Assembly (NCBI GenBank): GCA_965198005.1
Contig: CBDAOI010000004.1
Location: 384,001 to 448,000, forward strand
From: Spirochaetia bacterium
GTDB lineage: Bacteria; Spirochaetota; Spirochaetia; SZUA-6; Bin103
DNA length: 64,000 bases
Reading direction: 5' to 3'
Shown here: piece by piece, positions 59,859-64,000 of the stretch
Position numbering within the stretch: the stretch's first letter is position 1
Layout: each line of letters starts with the position of its first letter
Translations under genes and position numbers: made by a program
Notes under the pieces: model-generated
Seen by the model: only the letters and a program-made list of their open reading frames with translations
Databases searched by the model: none
What the model was told of the DNA's origin: nothing

Positions 59859-62801
59859 TCAACGTCGCCTGCGCCGTTCCAATTCCGCGCCGTCCGGCTC
59901 CGTCCCGCGCCCTTTCTTCGACTTCCGCAGGTTTCGTGTGTAGTCGCAAGCTGGGAAGTTCGAGCAGCCGAGGAAGCGCCCGTACCTGCCCATTTTGGCG
60001 TTCAGCCAGCCGTCGCAGACCGGACAGGCCGCGATGGCCCCGCCGCAATCGCGGCAACGGAAAGCTTCGCCGGACCTGACGGGAAGGCCGTTCCCGCAGC
60101 GGGGGCAGGCACGCGCCGTGTGCTCGCACAGCGGAAAGTTCGAGCAACCGTAGAAGACGCCTCGGCTTCGGGCGTTTTCCCGGCGCTCCAGCCGTCCGCC
60201 GGTGCATCGCGGACAGGATACGTCGCCTGCCGGCGGACGGCCGAATACCTCTACATCGTATCCGCCGTCGATCAACTCCGTCACGAATTCGGACGTCGGA
60301 CCCCCGTCGGCAAGCAGGAAGACCTGCCGTCTCGCCCGGGTGATCGCGACATAGAGCAGGCGACGCTCCTCGGCGTTCGGATGGGCCTCGGGCGCTGCCA
60401 GCACCAGATCAAGCAGCGGATCGTCGGCGATTTCGGCGGGAAACCCGTGCTTTCCCGCACTGAGGCCGAGGATCACCGCATAGTCGGCCTCGAGACCCTT
60501 TGAGCGGTGCACGGTCATCCAGGTAAAGTGAAGGCCTGGATACTGCTTCGGCAGCGCGTCCAGATTGCGGGGCCGCAGATGCCGGTAGCGGCCCAGCAGT
60601 AGCACTTCCGACGTGCCGTCGTGGCGGCGGGCATCCTCTGCGATCCGGTCGAGAGTCTCCTTCAGAAGCGAGAGTTCCGGCTCGCCGGGAAGCCCGACGT
60701 ATACCGCTGGCCGGTCCGCCTCGCGCGTCGTGCGTACGGTCTTGCGGATCTGCGCCGGGTTGCGCAACACAAAATCGGTTGCGACCACGGCAATCCGGTC
60801 GGCGCAGCGGAATGTGGTAGCGAGATCGATGCGCTCGAACGCACCGAAATGGTCCTCGAACTCTCGCATGACCGCGAAGTCCGAGCCGCCGAACCGGTAA
60901 ATCGCCTGCCAGTCGTCGCCGACCGCGAAGAGTTGCGCCCCCGGCGAGCTGTCGAGCAACGCCTTCAGCAGCCGTGCGCGAGACGGCGAGATGTCCTGGA
61001 ACTCGTCGACCAGGATGTATCCGAACGGGCTGCGGTAACGTCCTTCCTCCACGAGATCAGTCGCCCGGTTGATCATGTCGTGGAAATCGATTTCCCCTGA
61101 GGCGGCGAGCGCTTCCTGATAGCGCTCGAAGATCGGCCGGAACACCGAGAGAAACATCTCCGCCCGCTTCGGGTCACAGTGGGCGGCGACGCGTTCGGCG
61201 ATGTCGTCAAGGGACAGCCGGCTGCCCTTGAAGTGCTGCAGAAAGGTCGCCACCAGCCGCGTGAACGGATCGATCCGCCCCTGTTGTTCCAGAGAGGCGA
61301 ACATGCCCTCGCGCGAGATCGGCAAGAGAGTCACCCCGTGGGCCGAGAGTTTCTCCGTCAGATTCCGGAGCAATCTGCCGTCGGTCTGTTCGTGACTGAA
61401 GGTTTCGATCAGGACTGTGCCGTGGTCGGCATGGACGCCGCGCTTCCACTCCATGTCCCGCCAATATTGCTCCCGGTCGACGAATGGCGCCGTGTTCCCA
61501 TCGGCGTCGATCCCCAAGTGTTCGATATAGATTCCGTGCTCGCGAAGACGAAAGTCGGGCTTGTACTGACGCCTTTCCGAAGTCGCCAGATCGTGTTCAT
61601 AGGGGGCTTCGTACTCGTAGGCGACGCCGTGGGAGTAGAGAAAGTTCGCGATCTCGCATTCCTCGAAGCTGCGGACGGTTTCGCCCTTCACCGAGCGGAT
61701 GTCGAACTTGCGGATGTAGTCATAGTACTCGCCCCAGTTTCTGAACTCGTGCTCGCTCCTGTATGGCGCGAACCCCTCCTGGAACCATTGATCCAGCGTG
61801 GCCGAAAGGCCGCGGTCGGCGAGCAGACCGGCCACGATTCCCTTGAGCAGGTCGAACAGGGTCCGGTCGTTCTCCGCCGTCGCGGCGAGTGCCGGGCGCT
61901 TACCTTCGGCTTCGCCGACGATCGCCATGCCGAGGCTGTGGAAGGTGCGGACCGTCACATCGCGCGCGATTGCGGTGCCGAGACGCTTATCGATCCGCTC
62001 TTCCATCTCCCTGCGGGCATCGCGCGCGAAGGCGAGCAGCAGCAGTTCGGAGGGCTTGCGATACCCCTTTCGGACGAGCCAGCCGGTCTTGGCCACGATG
62101 ACCGAGGTCTTCCCGCTACCGGCCGCGGCGACAACGAGGTTGCGGTGCTCGTCGATCACGACCGCCCTGCGCTGCTCCTCCGTGAGCGGGCGGGCCTCGA
62201 TCCGGTCGAAGAGTTCGCGCGAGCGCACCAGCTCGTTGACGACGAACGCGTCGTTGGCCTTCGCCTTGGCATCGCCCCGCGCTTCCAGAAAGTCGAGCAC
62301 GTCCCTAAGCATCCGGATCTCCGGGGCATCCGACAACGCTTCCGGCCACCGCGGCGCCAACCCGCCGGCAACCGTTTGCACCTCAGCCTCAAGGTCGCGA
62401 AGTGCGGCGGCGGTGAGGTATCTGGGCGGATCGGCCAATGCCGTCAGCCGGTCATGCACGGAGCGAAGCGTTTCCAGTTGCGGTGCAAGCGTACGGCGCC
62501 ACCAGTTGCATCTCGCAGTTTCAAGGGCATCGGCAAGAGCGTTTGCAGCCGTTCGGGACAAGCCCGAAACATGCACGTTCCCTGCGGTATGGCGGACCCG
62601 CACGCTGCAATAAGGCCGCCCGTCCGCCACATCGACCACTTCCACGTCGCCCAACGATATGTCGGCGGGACGTGAACCGAACAGCAGCCGGACCGCTTCA
62701 GCGTTCACCGATGCCGCCCTAGCATGGCGCCGATGCAGGATCGCGAACAGGATCGTGGCGAGGCCAGTCCGCTTGGCCTCAAACAGGGTGTCCGTAGCCA
62801 A
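59859..62801 (-). CDS. UvrD-family helicase IV (HelD)-like protein with nuclease-like insert and C-terminal topoisomerase-type Zn ribbons
   Basis: 'AAAGSGKT', 'LVDEFQD', 'VGDDWQAIY', 'HRSKGLE', 'YVAITRAR'; 'FYGCSNFP.C' and 'FLGCSNFP.C'. Confidence 0.88.
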   Translation of the reverse strand: MATDTLFEAKRTGLATILFAILHRRHARAASVNAEAVRLLFGSRPADISLGDVEVVDVADGRPYCSVRVRHTAGNVHVSGLSRTAANALADALETARCNWWRRTLAPQLETLRSVHDRLTALADPPRYLTAAALRDLEAEVQTVAGGLAPRWPEALSDAPEIRMLRDVLDFLEARGDAKAKANDAFVVNELVRSRELFDRIEARPLTEEQRRAVVIDEHRNLVVAAAGSGKTSVIVAKTGWLVRKGYRKPSELLLLAFARDARREMEERIDKRLGTAIARDVTVRTFHSLGMAIVGEAEGKRPALAATAENDRTLFDLLKGIVAGLLADRGLSATLDQWFQEGFAPYRSEHEFRNWGEYYDYIRKFDIRSVKGETVRSFEECEIANFLYSHGVAYEYEAPYEHDLATSERRQYKPDFRLREHGIYIEHLGIDADGNTAPFVDREQYWRDMEWKRGVHADHGTVLIETFSHEQTDGRLLRNLTEKLSAHGVTLLPISREGMFASLEQQGRIDPFTRLVATFLQHFKGSRLSLDDIAERVAAHCDPKRAEMFLSVFRPIFERYQEALAASGEIDFHDMINRATDLVEEGRYRSPFGYILVDEFQDISPSRARLLKALLDSSPGAQLFAVGDDWQAIYRFGGSDFAVMREFEDHFGAFERIDLATTFRCADRIAVVATDFVLRNPAQIRKTVRTTREADRPAVYVGLPGEPELSLLKETLDRIAEDARRHDGTSEVLLLGRYRHLRPRNLDALPKQYPGLHFTWMTVHRSKGLEADYAVILGLSAGKHGFPAEIADDPLLDLVLAAPEAHPNAEERRLLYVAITRARRQVFLLADGGPTSEFVTELIDGGYDVEVFGRPPAGDVSCPRCTGGRLERRENARSRGVFYGCSNFPLCEHTARACPRCGNGLPVRSGEAFRCRDCGGAIAACPVCDGWLNAKMGRYGRFLGCSNFPACDYTRNLRKSKKGRGTEPDGAELERRRRR

Positions 62802-62971
62802 ACTCGGTCGATGCTTGGACCCTGCATCGGCGGCGACACGCTTGTCACGACCGACGGGATGATCCGCCCGCTACATGGAGCGGGTCCCGGCGCTGGGGCT
62901 GTGGCCAAGGCTGTCTCGTAGCATACACTGACCTGCGGGATGGACTGGAGCCGTCGACGCCGAGCCGGATA

Positions 62972-63682
62972 GTGAGTAAACTCACTACTACTATGCGTGC
63001 AGCCGAAATGCAGGCGGTGCTTGAGGCGGCCGCCCGCCTGCAAACGCTGGTGCCTGATGCGGTCCTCGTCGGTGGCACTGCGGCCGCGCACCACGCGCAC
63101 CACCGCGTATCGCTCGACGACGACCACGTCCTCGAAGACCTGCGTGAGCGCTTCGACGAGATCCTGGCCGATCTCGAGGCGACCGACGGTTGGGTAACGG
63201 CGCGGATCCGCAGGCCGGTGCTGATCCTCGGCCGCCTGGACGGCGTGGAGACCGGCATCCGGAATCTTGTGCGTCGGCGACCGCTGGAAGTCGAACAGGT
63301 TCGCGTGGGCGAACGCACCCTGCGGGTACCCACGTTGGTGGAGATCGCACGGATCAAGGCGTGGCTGTGCCTGATCCGCAACGCCACGCGCGACTATCTG
63401 GACTTTGCCGCGCTTGCCGATCGCCTCGGCGCAGCCGAATCATCCTCGGTGGTCATCACCATCGATGACTACTATGCGGATCAGCTCGGGCCCGGTGGTC
63501 GCCGCGTCGCCACCCAGGTCGCCAAGCAGCTGGCCGAGCCGCGCCCCGATGACCTTTCCAGCGTCGACCTTGCCACCTACCGCCAGCTTGACCGTCGCTG
63601 GCAGAACTGGCAAACCGTCGCCGACGCCTGCCGCAAAGTCGCCGTGCGGGTGCTGGATCAACTGGTAGAGGATTCGCCGTGA
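62972..63682 (+). CDS. AbiEii-like nucleotidyltransferase, putative type IV/VII toxin
   Basis: 'LVGGTAAA...HRVSLDDD' and 'K......RN..RDYLD' motifs. Confidence 0.75.
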   Translation: MSKLTTTMRAAEMQAVLEAAARLQTLVPDAVLVGGTAAAHHAHHRVSLDDDHVLEDLRERFDEILADLEATDGWVTARIRRPVLILGRLDGVETGIRNLVRRRPLEVEQVRVGERTLRVPTLVEIARIKAWLCLIRNATRDYLDFAALADRLGAAESSSVVITIDDYYADQLGPGGRRVATQVAKQLAEPRPDDLSSVDLATYRQLDRRWQNWQTVADACRKVAVRVLDQLVEDSP

Positions 63683-64000
63683 TTCACCGCCACTCCGAGA
63701 TTCCACCAGACACCCCGGCGCGTGATCTGCCGCGTGTGGCACTCGTCGACCTACTGGAGCGCGGCGATCTGCAGGCGTGGCTGCCACTGGCCCGCGCCAT
63801 CCAGGGTGACCCGATGGGCGAACTCGCCATCACCGTCATGCGGCTGATCGACGCCTATCCCATGTATGGCACGTCTGCGTTGTGGCGCGCGTGGATCGAT
63901 CTGTGCCAGGCGCGCGCGCAGGTGGGCACGCGGCCAGCGAGCTTGGCATCGCTGCGCCGCCAGCGGGGGCTCACCCAGGCGCAGGTCGCGGTGCGGCTGG
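63679..64000 (+). CDS. Partner protein with C-terminal XRE HTH (runs off the window)
   Basis: GTGA-coupled; own translation ends '...LASLRRQRGLTQAQVAVRL'. Confidence 0.7.
   Translation, partial: MIHRHSEIPPDTPARDLPRVALVDLLERGDLQAWLPLARAIQGDPMGELAITVMRLIDAYPMYGTSALWRAWIDLCQARAQVGTRPASLASLRRQRGLTQAQVAVRL

Overview
The window has two parts. (1) Positions ~1-47300 hold a tandem expansion of peptide/nickel-type (family 5) ABC importer cassettes. There are four complete units, a partial unit at the left edge, a collapsed remnant and an inverted truncated copy. Each unit follows one plan: [degenerate ~125-bp tandem repeat array] - [poly-C tract] - [conserved ~500-bp leader with an 11-codon mini-ORF and competing hairpins] - substrate-binding protein (SBP) - dppB-like - dppC-like permease - [~250-bp trailer repeat]. 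No ABC ATPase gene is present. Between the units lie toxin-antitoxin modules, IS debris, an Rpn nuclease, a 3.7-kb Mu/Tn552-like transposon with TGT...ACA ends and many abruptly fused gene fragments. A group II intron (25954-27884, minus strand) is inserted without target duplication into the shared leader. Its apparent EBS1 is AGGAGG, so it appears to target the antisense strand of a Shine-Dalgarno sequence. A second, degraded intron copy sits beside another leader remnant. (2) Positions ~47500-64000 are a very GC-rich backbone (DMT transporter, SDR, two-component system, hflX, argH, cimA) followed by defence-like genes (frameshifted AAA/PD-(D/E)XK gene, helicase IV-like protein with a nuclease-like insert, nucleotidyltransferase + HTH pair). 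A spirochaete-like host is suggested by the SBP signal peptides and the Leptospira-type CimA; this is inference only. No rRNA, tRNA or CRISPR array was recognised. All family assignments come from motif recognition by eye, not database searches.
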